This document shows positions 48,006-61,619 of a stretch of DNA of 64,000 nt, piece by piece (within the stretch, counting starts at the first letter, position 1; the number at the start of each line of letters is the position of its first letter). A program made the translations under genes and the position numbers. Where the stretch lies: positions 248,001 to 312,000 of the forward strand of contig CP145426.1 of assembly GCA_036867785.1 (NCBI GenBank), in the 5' to 3' direction. The notes under the pieces were generated by a model that was not told where the DNA came from, made no database searches, and was given only the letters and a program-made list of their open reading frames with translations. The stretch is from Plasmodiophora brassicae (taxonomy: Eukaryota).

Positions 48006-49752
48006 ATGGTCGGTGGCCGTGTGTCAGTGTACGGATGCACCTGGACTGACGCTTCGGACCGGTAGATTCATGCAATCGGGAGGGAAATCGCGAATGCCTT
48101 CGGGCGCACGGCGATCGCGTTCGGCACGCCGGCGTTCTTCGGGACGAACTCAATCTTCGTGCGCACCGATCGCCCCAGCTATGTCGGCGGGCAGAACGTC
48201 ACCGGCACCGTCTACCTGAATGTAAAAACCCCAATTACGTATGCGGACGTGTCGTTACGTGAGATGTTGCATTTCCTAAACATTGGTTACAGGACGGATG
48301 GTGTGTACTTGAGGGTGCAAGGCGTGGAGGAAGTGTCGTTCAACGAAAACAAGACCCGCGATACCGGGCGCAAGGACGACTACGGTCAACCGATCAAGGA
48401 GACGTATGTCAACAAGGACAGGAACCAGTATATGTTCTTCCAGACGCGCGTCCCGGTCTATTTTGTCAGCGGCGCTCTGAATCCGGGCCAGTACTCTATC
48501 CCGTTCACGTTCACGTTGCCGTCTGACCTGCCCGGGTCATTCTACGAGGAAACGCAGGACAAACGCAGTGATCAGGTACGGGTACAAGCAGGTGCCATGC
48601 TGCAGTTGTTCCTCATTGATGTTTCAGGATGGGTATTATCGTGCGGCTGTCTCGTACACGGTCGCAGCGGAATGTGTCTCGACACAACTGTTCTCGTTCG
48701 GGTCGCACACGCTCGAGTCGCAATGCGAGATGGTCATCCACGCCAAGTTACTGTCCAGTATCGTGGGCGTGACGCGCCAAGCCAACGCCACGATTCGCTC
48801 CTGGTGCTGTATCAACCAGGGTGTCGTATCGATGCGGGCATCCTTCGAGAAGGTACCTACCGTTATGGGTCGTCTCGATCTCAAATCTTACCCAACGTGA
48901 CGTCCAGAACGCGTACATGAGCGGAGAGACGGCGCATGTTCTTCTTCAATTCGATAACCAGTCAACGGTGGACATCAACAGTTTCCAGATCAAGCTGTTC
49001 CGGTCGTTCAAGATGACGGGACGTGATGGGCAATTCTCTCGCGTGCAATGCCTTCGCTCGGAGAAGTACCCAGGTACGTTCAAGTGATACTCGCTGCTCT
49101 TCGTTTGCGTTCTGAGTCCCCTGCAGGGATTGGAGCTGGGCAGAACACGGGCGATGCCGCTCGCGTGATCTCTCTGGAGCTAATGGGTGAGCGTGGAGCG
49201 CTGGCGCCCCAGACTCGCGGTCGCCTCGTCCAGTGCGAGTACTGGATCCAGGTGCACATCCCGGTTCCATGCGGCTCCGGTGACATTGACCAGGACTTGC
49301 CCATCACCGTCTACGCTCCGCAAGCAACCATTGAACAATGGACGATAACACCGCCACCGTCCTGGAACCCGACCGTCGTCCAGCAAGCACATGTCGACGT
49401 ACACGCCCCGCCCCAGTACTCCCAGACCCCACAAGCACCGCCTTCGTATGAACAGCAACATCAACATGCGCCCCAGTACGAGCAGCAGCAGCAGCAGCAG
49501 CAGGCACCTCAGCACCAGCAGCGGCAACAGTACCAGGAGCAGTACAGTCATCAGCAGTACCAACAACAGCAGCAGGCACCTCAGTATCAACAGCAACAGG
49601 GCCATCAGTATCAACAGCCACAGGGACCTCAGTATCAACAGCAGCAGGTCCCGCCTCACGGTTACCAGAGCACGCAGGGGCCCGCTTACCAGCAGGCTGG
49701 TCAGTACGGGCAGATGCCTCCGTACGGCCAAGCGCAGCAGCACTACCGATGA
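48006..49752 (+). CDS. Arrestin-domain protein (alpha-arrestin-like) with Q/P/Y-rich tail, copy A
   Basis: YVGGQNVTGTVYL, LRVQGVEEV, LNPGQYSIPFTFTLPSDLPGSF, AYMSGET...FDNQS, GRLVQCEYWIQV; PPQY and PPSY motifs; multi-exon. The start at 48006 is inferred through a 45-nt intron. Confidence 0.9.
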
Positions 49753-49803
49753 TCCATCCGTCCCATCGCATTCATCATGGAATGAATTCCGCTCAATTGT
49801 GTC

Positions 49804-51116
49804 TTAGTTGTCTATGGGAACGGCAGGGGCGGACCCGATGGAGTCCTGCCTGCTGGACCGTCTCCTGAGGGTTTCCTGTGCGCTCCCCTGCTGTAACGGG
49901 TTCTGAAGGTAGCCGGGCACCCTCGACGGCGCGTCCACCGCTTCGCCCTCATCCACGCCCCATTTGATCTCGTTGACGATGTTCTTCGCGACGCTTGCCA
50001 GCGTGTCGACCTGTTTGGCGTGCTGTGGCGATTCGGCGGAGGCCGACGAGTCTGTGGCTGCCCATGGCCGCTCCTTGAACACGTCCGGCCGCGTTTTAAT
50101 GGGGATCCGCTGCGGAGCGGCTTCCAGATCGTATTCGCTGTACACGTTATGAGCGGGTCGTAGATCGCTGAACTCACTTCCGTCGCGCAGGTAGACCGTT
50201 GACCTGTCCCCATCGCCTTCCTCCTCGATCTCCGCTTCGTACGCGCTGACATCCGTGACCCGTTTCATCACCTGCTTCGTCGCGTGCCCATCGTCGCCCT
50301 CCTCCATCAGCTTCTTCCTCTCGGACTGGTATCGGAAGCACAACCCGGCGAGCACGGCGAACAGGACGGATGCGACCAAGCCGGCGGCGATCAGCGTCGT
50401 CGTCAGCCCCCAGCCGAATATCGACGTGAACGGCTTCTTGCAGCTGCCCGCGTCGAACTTGTCGCAGTCGACCGAGGCGCCGTTGTCGTAACTCTCGGAC
50501 GCCGGATTGCAGACGCCATCGCCAAGCACGCCGAGGCACCCGGAGCTATCGGCCACAGCGCAGTCGTATGAGCACGAAACGCAGCTCTCGCCGTCCTGGC
50601 ACACTCTGCACCGGCCGGTCAGCGGGACAAGCATAGGCAGGCTCCGGCCGACGGAACGTACCCGTCGCCGCAGACCGACTCGGTGGACGCCGAGTCGAAG
50701 AAGAAGAGCTTCGTGGCGAGCATGTTGGCATCGAAGCAGGACAGGGACCCCCACAGGGGGCCGTTGAAGTTGACCTTGAAGGAGGTGCCGGCGTACGTGG
50801 CGTTGGCGGCGAGGCCGAACTTGGCGGACGGGGTGATCGACCAGACGCCGACGGACGAGCGGCCGGTGACGATGTCGGCGTTCGTCTCGTCGACGACCTG
50901 GATCGACTGCGGATACGGGCTGCGCAGGGCGAGCGACAGCACGTAGGCCCTGGCGACCCGGCCCGAGTCCTTGTTCCACAGGTACGGGACCACGCTCCAC
51001 GTGTGGTCGTCGTGGTACTTCACCCGCATGTCGACCACTTGGCCCGGCCACGACTCGGCATCGGCGGTCGTCGCCCGGTACAGGACGGCAAGCGCAACGA
51101 TCACGGACGATCCCAT
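49804..51116 (-). CDS. Single-pass membrane protein with signal peptide and Cys-rich (CGDG-C...ESC..C..DC) juxtamembrane repeats, copy A
   Basis: Leader MGSSVIVALAVL; one intron near 50610-50660; TM segment LIAAGLVASVLFAVLAGLCF; acidic cytoplasmic tail. Confidence 0.75.
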
Positions 51117-51311
51117 GCGATCTGACCAGGCACGCGCCGCCACTCGGTATCTGACCGTGGAACAGTACGTACCGAATTAATACGAAACACTGTGTGAAGG
51201 CTGACGTACCCGTTGCGCTGCCACTGCGGGCGCGGCTCGTCATGGCGTAGGTAGCCACGGAGTGCGTGAAGCGGAAACGGGCGTTGATCGTTCGGTGCAC
51301 GCGCGGCGCCG

Positions 51312-52143
51312 ATGACGACCGGCGGGTCGTGGCCGCCGCCCGGGCGCGCGGCGAAGTTTGTCGGCGGCAGGGCGGCGCCCGTGGGGCTTCGTGTTCGCGT
51401 CTCGAACATCGCGAGCGTCGTGACGCCACGCGAACTGATCCATTTCTTCCTGAAGGACTGCGGCCATTCGCTGGTCTGCACGCCGGAACGCCAGATCAGC
51501 CAGACCGGGTATGCCGTCCCCGTGTCGCTGTTCAACGTGACGGTTGACACACACTGGGTGTAGTGTTGCCATCCTGGAATTCGCGAACGAAACCGCGACA
51601 CACGCGGCCTTGCGCCTGACGGGCGCATCGCTTCATAACCAGGTGATCCAGGTCGAGGTCGCTGGTGCCCCAGAACGTCGCATGCACCATGAACCGCCAC
51701 CGGCGTGGTCACGAGAGCCACCGCCCCGCTTTCAGCAGCATCCGAAATCTCGGCAGCCACAATATCACGACCGATCGCTGCCCCGTGGGAGGTCTGGCTC
51801 TCGAGGGGACCTGCGAAGACCGTCACCGCCTCGTCCGCCACCTCCACCGCGGTCGCATCGCGTGCCGGATCCATCGCCGGCCGACCTGATGACGGACGAG
51901 AAAGATCCCGCCAGGCAAGATGTCGTCGATCCGGTTTTCGCCAGGCGCTGGGCGGCGATAGGACGCTGGGAGCAGATCGACGCTCTCCGGCAGCGGCTCA
52001 GGCGCATCGCCAGCGACGTCGACGCCGCCAGGCACAGCGTCATGCGCGCCGAATTGGCCACCCAAGGCAACGAGTTCCAGAGCGTGCTGGAAAGCATCCG
52101 GCTGCGGGACCTCGACAAGCAGCTGGAGGCACTAGCTAGGTAG
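51312..52143 (+). CDS. RRM-domain protein with Pro/Arg-rich linker and C-terminal coiled coil, copy A
   Basis: RNP2-like RVRVSNIA; RNP1-like TG (intron) VAILEFANETATHAALRLTGASLHNQVIQV. Confidence 0.7.
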
Positions 52144-52285
52144 GCGCTGTCATAGTAGATAAACCAATAGAGTATAGCCATGAGGTGTACCTGTTGGACA
52201 GGCGATGCCATCGGCTGTAAAAAGAACCACGAATAGGTAGTCCGGACCGGTCGACGTTCGGGATCGGGGTCCTCCATCCGACCGC

Positions 52286-52978
52286 ATGACACGCGGCCCG
52301 CCTGTCGCTGTGCTGCTGCGGGACCCGAGCCCGGCGTACGAGGCGGCGCTGCAGGCGCTCGGGTTCCTGGTCGTGTTCCGCCCCGTGCTGGACATTATCG
52401 GCAGGGCGGACGTGCAGGCTCCCAGGCGGGGCGTGTACGGGGCCGCGGTCGTGACGTCGGCGAACGCCGCGAAGAGGTTCCCCGGGGGCGTGTGGCTGGA
52501 CGACCTCCGCCAGGTGTACGTTATCGGCAAGGCGACCGGCGACGTGCTCGCCCAGGCGCATCCGTCGCTGCGGGATCGCGTGGTGATTCACAGCCAGGCG
52601 TCAACGGCCGCCGCCTTGGCAGCGGAGCTATCCGCCGTCGACGGCCCGGTTCTGTTCGTGTGTGGGGACCCGCATCGCACCGAGATCAGCTCGCTCAGCA
52701 ACGTCGACGACCTCGTCGTGTACGAATCGCGTCCTGCCGAGAGCCTGGACGATCTGCTGCGGTTTGAGACCGGCGACCACCGCCCGTGGTTGGTGATATT
52801 CAGCCCCGTGGGCGCATCGCTGGCGTCGACCACTCTAAACATTGACCGCTGGAACCTGGCCACGATTGGCCCGACAACAGCCAGCGCGCTGCCGCCCGCC
52901 GCGACCGCTGTCGCTGTCGCCAGACAGCCCACCGCCGAAGCCCTTGCCGACGCCATCCGCGCGAACGGCATTAGATAA
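52286..52978 (+). CDS. UROS: Uroporphyrinogen-III synthase, copy A
   Basis: HEM4/HemD motifs VLLR, VVTSANAA, VIGKATG, LVVYES, IFSP.G, IGPTTA, ARQPTAEAL. Confidence 0.9.
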   Translation: MTRGPPVAVLLRDPSPAYEAALQALGFLVVFRPVLDIIGRADVQAPRRGVYGAAVVTSANAAKRFPGGVWLDDLRQVYVIGKATGDVLAQAHPSLRDRVVIHSQASTAAALAAELSAVDGPVLFVCGDPHRTEISSLSNVDDLVVYESRPAESLDDLLRFETGDHRPWLVIFSPVGASLASTTLNIDRWNLATIGPTTASALPPAATAVAVARQPTAEALADAIRANGIR

Positions 52979-55900
52979 TTCGCAATACACAGGCCGCTCG
53001 CCGTGCGCCCTGACAGCGATGCTGGCCCGATGGCGGCGTTCGCCACGTGTAGGCAGTTGTGCAGTCATGGTTGCAGCGTACCCGGGTAGTAACGTCGGCG
53101 ATAACCGCGTCTCTGCAATGTGTGCCGCGGTCAGAGACCTGCCGGAGAACAATGCCGAACGTTTGAACCAATCCAGAAGAGGTTCGGAGATGATCCGCGA
53201 ATTGGCATGAAAGGAGATCGACGAACGCCGTAGCGTCGTCCTCCTGCAGAACCAGAACATAGAGGAGCTGTTGCGCCAGGTCTGGTCGAACACGGTCGAG
53301 GTAGATTACCGGCCTTCAGAGGTGATGCTGCGGGTGCGGTCCTCTCTGTCTCGTCGTGGGTGGCGGCCCGCTGCGGCGTCGACCCTCGACCTCGTAGGTG
53401 CTGTTGCGCCGCTCGTCTCAAGATGGTCTCCTGATGGATGATCTCCATCCCTGCCTTGGCCCATTCAACAGCTTCCGCGTTTCCCGTCGCCACAGCGTTC
53501 ACCATGAAGGCTCTAAGGACCGCCTCCATCTCCCCCAGACCGTCCATCGTGTTGCTCGACAACTCTCCAGGCGCCTGGACCGTCACACAGGACCCCATCT
53601 CGTTTAGGCCAACATCCTGTGGAACGCCTGATCTGGCCAATTTCGACTCGTCAGTTCGGCATGTATGGCGATTCCCGGAAGACTGGACGTTCAACAGCCG
53701 GCTACATCGTCAGCACGCATTGCTTGGATCTGCCGCGACCTGCCGCCAGCCCGGCACGGCTACCCGAGCGATGATCAACCTGACCCAGGCCTTCAGCCTG
53801 CTGGATGAAATACGTTGCCGAGTGTCAGAGGCGCTGCCGGCAATTAAGAGTCACTGAACCGGTCACGTTGAACAGGAGCGCCAACCAGCGCATGTGATCG
53901 CGGATCGTCCTACCGCCGCTGACGTCACGGGGCGCCCTGGTCATCGTCGTCGACATGCGCCCGTCGGACACGACCTTGCAGCAGATGGTGGTCAGTAGGA
54001 CGAATTTCCGCCGACGACCTGCTCGAGATGGCGGCGCGGCCAACAAAAGGGCGACCTTGTTGTGCTGGATGGCTTGCACGGCCGCTCGCCCCTCCCCGAC
54101 GCCTTAATGCGAGGGCAGACCACGACGGTTGCCAAGCGTTGCACCGCCGAACGACCGTGTGGGCTCGACGTGGAGAACCACTGTACGACGGTTCTGGAGA
54201 CTAAACGCCTGGTCGAGCCGGGGCAGACTATGCTGGTTCGGCAAGACCCAATGAATGTCGTCGTCAAATGGTCAACGTGGCGCGCCGCAAGACAACGTTG
54301 GTAATAGGTGCAGGACGGGGGCAGCGATATTGGATGGACTGGTCATGGGCCGATCCAACGTCGCCGATGGGTACACGCTGGCGTTCTGGTCCGCATCGAG
54401 ACGTTCCAGAGTGAGAAGACGCCACTGTTCGCTTGAGTGCACGGCGGAAACGCCGCTCTTCGAGCCTGCACTTCAAGCTGACGTCGCGCGAGCACGCGTA
54501 GCCACGAATCGGTCGCTCGGCATCCGGGCGGCCGGACATTGCACGATAACGTTCGACCACAGCCGGACGCGTAGTGACCATCACCTGCTCGATCTGGCAC
54601 CATCTGATGCTGACGCACAGGAAGGTCGGAAGCTGTGGACGTGCTGGACGGTTGGGGCTTCCCGATGATCGGCATCGTCGAGGACGAGACTTTCGTTTTT
54701 TACTGGTAGAACGCAAGACGAAGGCCAAGTGCGAAATGTGCTGTGCATCATCTGCCTCGTCAACGTCGCCTCGTTTGAGACACAGCTTGGCATCGCACAC
54801 TGTGCATGGCGACCGGGTCCGCTTGCTGTCTGCCGCGATCCATGAAAATTTCGACGACGCAACCCATGCTACGATAACGTGCTGCGCCCACGCGAGTTAT
54901 CACACGTCTTTCCCGATTCGGCTCGGTGACCCGTGGAAGCCCTGCGCGCAACTTGCATGCTGTGGTAGAACGGTTACACACCCGGCATCAGGTGTGGTTG
55001 TAGTTGACTTCCAGCATCGAGCGACTGTGACGGAGGCTTGTCATGGGGTGAACAGTTGTGGCATCCGCATGTGGTTCAAGCCGTGTCACATGGGAAGACT
55101 TGCTGGTCGCGAACTGGCGCTGCGGATCCAGGCACAGTACAGGCACGCCAGCCTTAACATTGAACAAGGCATAATTGTTGACAAAGCTGAGGATGACGAC
55201 AGCGCCGTCCGACGCGACCTGCTGCTTGCCATGCAGGTGTGATCCACCACGCATCACATAACGAGTGAGCGGCCACGGTACCTTCCTGCCAGTTCGCGCG
55301 TCCTCGAACCACGAGTGGCACGACGACATCTCGGTCTTGTCGCTAAGCACGAACAGACGTCCAGTCTTGGATGTTATCGCGCGGAACCGATCGAGGACGC
55401 GCGAACTGGCAGGAAGGTACCGTGGCCGCTCACTCGTTATGTGATGCGTGGTGGATCACACCTGCATGGCAAGCAGCAGGTCGCGTCGGACGGCGCTGTC
55501 GTCATCCTCAGCTTTGTCAACAATTATGCCTTGTTCAATGTTAACGCTGGCGTGCCTGTACTGTGCCTGGATCCGCAGCGCCAGTTCGCGACCAGCAAGT
55601 CTTCCCATGTGACACGGCTTGAACCACATGCGGATGCCACAACTGTTCACCCCATGACAAGCCTCCGTCACAGTCGCTCGATGCTGGAAGTCAACTACAA
55701 CCACACCTGATGCCGGGTGTGTAACCGTTCTACCACAGCATGCAAGTTGCGCGCAGGGCTTCCACGGGTCACCGAGCCGAATCGGGAAAGACGTGAGGCG
55801 CCTGGAGAGTTGTCGAGCAACACGATGGACGGTCTGGGGGAGATGGAGGCGGTCCTTAGAGCCTTCATGGTGAACGCTGTGGCGACGGGAAACGCGGAAG

Positions 55901-56412
55901 CTGTTGAATGGGCCAAGGCAGGGATGGAGATCATCCACCAGGAGACCATCTTGAGACGAGCGGCGCAACAGCACCTACGAGGTGGAGGGTCGACGCCGCA
56001 GCGGGCCGCCACCCACGACGAGACAGAGAGTACCGCACCCGCAGCGTCACCTCGGAAGGCCGGGCGAAAGACCGAATAATCTACCTCGACCGTGTTCGAC
56101 CAGACCTGGCGCAACAGCTCCTCAATGTTCTGGTTCTGCAGGAGGACGACGCTACGGCGTTCGTCGAGCTCCTTTCCTGTCAATTCGCGGATCATCTCCG
56201 AACCTCTTCTGGATTGGTTCAAACGTTCGGCATTGTTCTCCGGCAGGTCTCTGACCGCGGCACACATTGCAGAGACGCGGTTATCGCCGACGTTACTAGC
56301 CGGGTACGCTGCAACATGACTGCACAACTGCCTACACGTGGCGAACGCCGCCATCGGGCCAGCATCGCTGTCAGGACTCAGGACGCACGTCGAGCGGCCT
56401 GTGTATTGCGAA

Positions 56413-57105
56413 TTATCTAATGCCGTTCGCGCGGATGGCGTCGGCAAGGGCTTCGGCGGTGGGCTGTCTGGCGACAGCGACAGCGGTCGCGGCGGGCGGC
56501 AGCGCGCTGGCTGTTGTCGGGCCAATCGTGGCCAGGTTCCAGCGGTCAATGTTTAGAGTGGTCGACGCCAGCGATGCGCCCACGGGGCTGAATATCACCA
56601 ACCACGGGCGGTGGTCGCCGGTTTCAAACCGCAGCAGATCGTCCAGGCTCTCGGCAGGACGCGATTCGTACACGACGAGGTCGTCGACGTTGCTGAGCGA
56701 GCTGATCTCGGTGCGATGCGGGTCCCCGCAAACGAACAGAACCGGGCCGTCGACGGCGGATAGCTCCGCTGCCAAGGCGGCGGCCGTTGACGCCTGGCTG
56801 TGAATCACCACGCGATCCCGCAGCGACGGATGCGCCTGGGCAAGCACGTCGCCAGTCGCCTTGCCGATAACGTACACCTGGCGGAGGTCGTCCAGCCACG
56901 CGCCCCCGGGGAACCTCTTCGCGGCGTTCGCCGACGTCACGACCGCGGCCCCGTACACGCCCCGCCTGGGAGCCTGCACGCCCGCCCTGCCGATAATGTC
57001 CAGCACGGGGCGGAACACGACCAGGAACCCGAGCGCCTGCAGCGCCGCCTCGTACGCCGGGCTCGGGTCCCGCAGCAGCACAGCGACAGGCGGGCCGCGT
57101 GTCAT
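56413..57105 (-). CDS. UROS: Uroporphyrinogen-III synthase, copy B
   Basis: 230 aa; differs from copy A at two visible residues (RADV/RAGV, GGVW/GGAW). Confidence 0.9.
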   Translation of the reverse strand: MTRGPPVAVLLRDPSPAYEAALQALGFLVVFRPVLDIIGRAGVQAPRRGVYGAAVVTSANAAKRFPGGAWLDDLRQVYVIGKATGDVLAQAHPSLRDRVVIHSQASTAAALAAELSAVDGPVLFVCGDPHRTEISSLSNVDDLVVYESRPAESLDDLLRFETGDHRPWLVIFSPVGASLASTTLNIDRWNLATIGPTTASALPPAATAVAVARQPTAEALADAIRANGIR

Positions 57106-57247
57106 GCGGTCGGATGGAGGACGCCGATCCCGAACGTCGACCGGTCCGGACTACCTATTCGTGGTTCTTTTTACAGCCGATGGCATCGCCTGTTCAACAG
57201 GCACACCTCATGGCTATACTCTATTGGTTTATCTACTATGACAGCGC

Positions 57248-58076
57248 CTACCTAGCTAGTGCCTCCAGCTGCTTGTCGAGGTCCCGCAGCCGGATGCTTT
57301 CCAGCACGCTCTGGAACTCGTTGCCTTGGGTGGCCAATTCGGCGCGCATGACGCTGTGCCTGGCGGCGTCGACGTCGCTGGCGATGCGCCTGAGCCGCTG
57401 CCGGAGAGCGTCGATCTGCTCCCAGCGTCCTATCGCTGCCCAGCGCCTGGCGAAAACCGGATCGACGACATCTTGCCTGGCGGGATCTTTCTCGTCCGTC
57501 ATCAGGTCGGCCGGCGATGGATCCGGCGCGCGATGCGATCGCGGTGGAGGTGGCGGACGAGGCGGTGACGGTCTTCGCAGGTCCCCTCGAGAGCCAGACC
57601 TCCCACGGGGCTGCGATCGGTCGTGATATTGTGGCTGCCGAGATTTCGGATGCTGCTGAAAGCGGGGCGGTGGCTCTCGTGACCACGCCAGTGGCGGTTC
57701 ATGGTGCATGCGACGTTCTGGGGCACCAGCGACCTCGACATGGATCACCTGGTTATGAAGCGATGCGCCCGTCAGGCGCAAGGCCGCGTGTGTCGCGGTT
57801 TCGTTCGCGAATTCCAGGATGGCAACACTACACCCAGTGTGTGTCAACCGACACGTTGAACAGCGACACGGGGACGGCGTACCCGGTCTGGCTGATCTGG
57901 CGTTCCGGCGTGCAGACCAGCGAATGGCCGCAGTCCTTCAGGAAGAAATGGATCAGTTCGCGTGGCGTCACAACGCTCGCGATGTTCGAGACGCGAACAC
58001 GAAGCCCCACGGGCGCCGCCCTGCCGCCGACAAACTTCGCCGCGCGCCCGGGCGGCCACGACCCGCCGGTCGTCAT
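57248..58076 (-). CDS. RRM-domain protein, copy B
   Basis: Mirror of 51312-52143 with a one-codon deletion and a few substitutions. Confidence 0.7.
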
Positions 58077-58271
58077 CGGCGCCGCGCGTGCACCGAACGA
58101 TCAACGCCCGTTTCCGCTTCACGCACTCCGTGGCTACCTACGCCATGACGAGCCGCGCCCGCAGTGGCAGCGCAACGGGTACGTAAGCCTTCACACAGTG
58201 TTTCGTATTAATTCGGTACGTACTGTTCCACGGTCAGATACCGAGTGGCGGCGCGTGCCTGGTCAGATCGC

Positions 58272-59584
58272 ATGGGATCGTCCGTGATCGTTGCGCTTGC
58301 CGTCCTGTACCGGGCGACGACCGCCGATGCCGAGTCGTGGCCGGGCCAAGTGGTCGACATGCGGGTGAAGTACCACGACGACCACACGTGGAGCGTGGTC
58401 CCGTACCTGTGGAACAAGGACTCGGGCCGGGTCGCCAGGGCCTACGTGCTGTCGCTCGCCCTGCGCAGCCCGTATCCGCAGTCGATCCAGGTCGTCGACG
58501 AGACGAACGCCGACATCGTCACCGGCCGCTCGTCCGTCGGCGTCTGGTCGATCACCCCGTCCGCCAAGTTCGGCCTCGCCGCCAACGCCACGTACGCCGG
58601 CACCTCCTTCAAGGTCAACTTCAACGGCCCCCTGTGGGGGTCCCTGTCCTGCTTCGATGCCAACATGCTCGCCACGAAGCTCTTCTTCTTCGACTCGGCG
58701 TCCACCGAGTCGGTCTGCGGCGACGGGTACGTTCCGTCGGCCGGAGCCTGCCTATGCTTGTCCCGCTGACCGGCCGGTGCAGAGTGTGCCAGGACGGCGA
58801 GAGCTGCGTTTCGTGCTCATACGACTGCGCTGTGGCCGATAGCTCCGGGTGCCTCGGCGTGCTTGGCGATGGCGTCTGCAATCCGGCGTCCGAGAGTTAC
58901 GACAACGGCGCCTCGGTCGACTGCGACAAGTTCGACGCGGGCAGCTGCAAGAAGCCGTTCACGTCGATATTCGGCTGGGGGCTGACGACGACGCTGATCG
59001 CCGCCGGCCTGGTCGCATCCGTCCTGTTCGCCGTGCTCGCCGGGTTGTGCTTCCGATACCAGTCCGAGAGGAAGAAGCTGATGGAGGAGGGCGACGATGG
59101 GCACGCGACGAAGCAGGTGATGAAACGGGTCACGGATGTCAGCGCGTACGAAGCGGAGATCGAGGAGGAAGGCGATGGGGACAGGTCGACGGTCTACCTG
59201 CGCGACGGAAGTGAGTTCAGCGATCTACGACCAGCACATAACGTGTACAGCGAATACGATCTGGAAGCCGCTCCGCAGCGGATCCCCATTGAAACGCGGC
59301 CGGGCGTGTTCAAGGAGCGGCCATGGGCAGCCACAGACTCGTCGGCCTCCGCCGAATCGCCACAGCACGCCAAACAGGTCGACACGCTGGCAAGCGTCGC
59401 GAAGAACATCGTCAACGAGATCAAATGGGGCGTGGATGAGGGCGAAGCGGTGGACGCGCCGTCGAGGGTGCCCGGCTACCTTCAGAACCCGTTACAGCAG
59501 GGGAGCGCACAGGAAACCCTCAGGAGACGGTCCAGCAGGCAGGACTCCATCGGGTCCGCCCCTGCCGTTCCCATAGACAACTAA
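58272..59584 (+). CDS. Cys-rich single-pass membrane protein, copy B
   Basis: Mirror of 49804-51116. Confidence 0.75.
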
Positions 59585-59635
59585 GACACAATTGAGCGGA
59601 ATTCATTCCATGATGAATGCGATGGGATGGATGGA

Positions 59636-61373
59636 TCATCGGTAGTGCTGCTGCGCTTGGCCGTACGGAGGCATCTGCCCGTACTGACCAGCCTGCTGGT
59701 AAGCGGGCCCCTGCGTGCTCTGGTAACCGTGAGGCGGGACCTGCTGCTGTTGATACTGAGGTCCCTGTGGCTGTTGATACTGATGGCCCTGTTGCTGTTG
59801 ATACTGAGGTGCCTGCTGCTGTTGTTGGTACTGCTGATGACTGTACTGCTCCTGGTGCTGTTGCCGCTGCTGGTGTTGAGGTGCCTGTTGCTGCTGCTGC
59901 TGCTGGTACTGGGGAGCATGTTGCTGTTCATACGAAGGCGGTGCTTGTGGGGTCTGGGAGTACTGGGGCGGGGCGTGTACGTCGACATGTGCTTGCTGGA
60001 CGACGGTCGGGTTCCAGGATGGTGGCGGGGTTATCGTCCATTGTTCAATGGTGGCTTGCGGAGCGTAGACGGTGATGGGCAAGTCCTGGTCAATGTCACC
60101 GGACCCGCATGGAACCGGGATGTGCACCTGGATCCAGTACTCGCACTGGACGAGGCGACCGCGAGTCTGGGGCGCCAGCGCTCCACGCTCACCCATTAGC
60201 TCCAGAGAGATCACGCGGGCGGCATCGCCTGTGTTCTGCCCAGCTCCAATCCCTGCAGGGGAGTCAGAACGCAAACGAAGAGCAGCGAGTATCATTTGAA
60301 CGTACCTGGGTACTTCTCCGAGCGAAGGCATTGCACGCGAGAGAATTGCCCATCACGTCCCGTCATCTTGAACGACCGGAACAGCTTGATCTGGAAACTG
60401 TTGATGTCCACCGTTGACTGGTTATCGAATTGCAGAAGAACATGCGCTGTCTCTCCGCTCATGTACGCGTTCTGGACATCACGTTGGGTAAGATTTGAGA
60501 TCGAAACGACCCCTAACGGTAGGTACCTTCTCGAAGGACGCCCGCATCGATACGACACCCTGGTTGATACAGCACCAGGAGCGAATCGTGGCGTTGGCTT
60601 GGCGCGTCACGCCCACGATACTGGACAGTAACTTGGCGTGGATGACCATCTCGCATTGCGACTCGAGCGTGTGCGACCCGAACGAGAACAATTGTGTCGA
60701 GACACATTCCGCAGCGACCGTGTACGAGACCGCCGCACGATAATACCCATCCTGAAACACAAATGAGGAACAACCGCAGCATGGCACCTGCTTGTACCCG
60801 TACCTGATCACTGCGTTTGTCCTGCGTTTCCTCGTAGAACGACCCGGGCAGGTCAGACGGCAACGTGAACGTGAACGGGATAGAGTACTGACCCGGATTC
60901 AGAGCGCCGCTGACAAAATAGACCGGGACGCGCGTCTGGAAGAACATATACTGGTTCCTGTCCTTGTGGACATATGTCTCCTTGATCGGTTGACCGTAGT
61001 CGTCCTTGCGCCCGGTATCGCGGGTCTTGTTTTCGTTGAACGACACTTCCTCCACGCCTTGCACTCGCAAATACACACCATCCGTCCTGTAACCAATGTT
61101 TAGGAAATGCAACATCTCACGTAACGACACGTCCGCATACGTAATTGGGGTTTTTACATTCAGGTAGACGGTGCCGGTGACGTTCTGCCCGCCGACATAG
61201 CTGGGGCGATCGGTGCGCACGAAGATTGAGTTCGTCCCGAAGAACGCCGGCGTGCCGAACGCGATCGCCGTGCGCCCGAAGGCATTCGCGATTTCCCTCC
61301 CGATTGCATGAATCTACCGGTCCGAAGCGTCAGTCCAGGTGCATCCGTACACTGACACACGGCCACCGACCAT
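59636..61373 (-). CDS. Arrestin-domain protein, copy B
   Basis: Mirror of 48006-49752 with a shorter Q-rich tract. Confidence 0.9.
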
Positions 61374-61619
61374 GGTTGTCGATTACCAGTATAACTTGCC
61401 CGGGTCACGACACATTTCGCGCGACGCCCTCGTGGGGAAACTGCGCTACAGCTATTTCCGGAGGATCGGACGAGTATTCGCGCGGAGTTTTTTTGTGGCA
61501 GCGTGACTGTGATCGCCACCAGCCCGACATTCTCTCAGGCGCGGACAACAGGTCACCATAGACCAGATCAAGGGTGCTTACCTATTCATGGGGCAGTGGA
61601 AATTACGACCCATGCTGAT

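Noticed and set aside
49180-49743. Leu-rich 'membrane protein' ORF on the minus strand, and its mirror at 59627-60199
   Set aside because: Antisense shadow of the CAG/CAA-rich arrestin tail.
52286-52978. Bacterial horizontal origin of the intronless UROS
   Set aside because: Other genes here are also intronless and GC-rich, and the motifs (VLLR, FSP.G, IGPTTA) fit eukaryotic UROS; a phylogeny would be needed.
52980-55390. ORFs around the palindrome centre
   Set aside because: Frames differ between the two arms and no family is recognisable; not called as genes.
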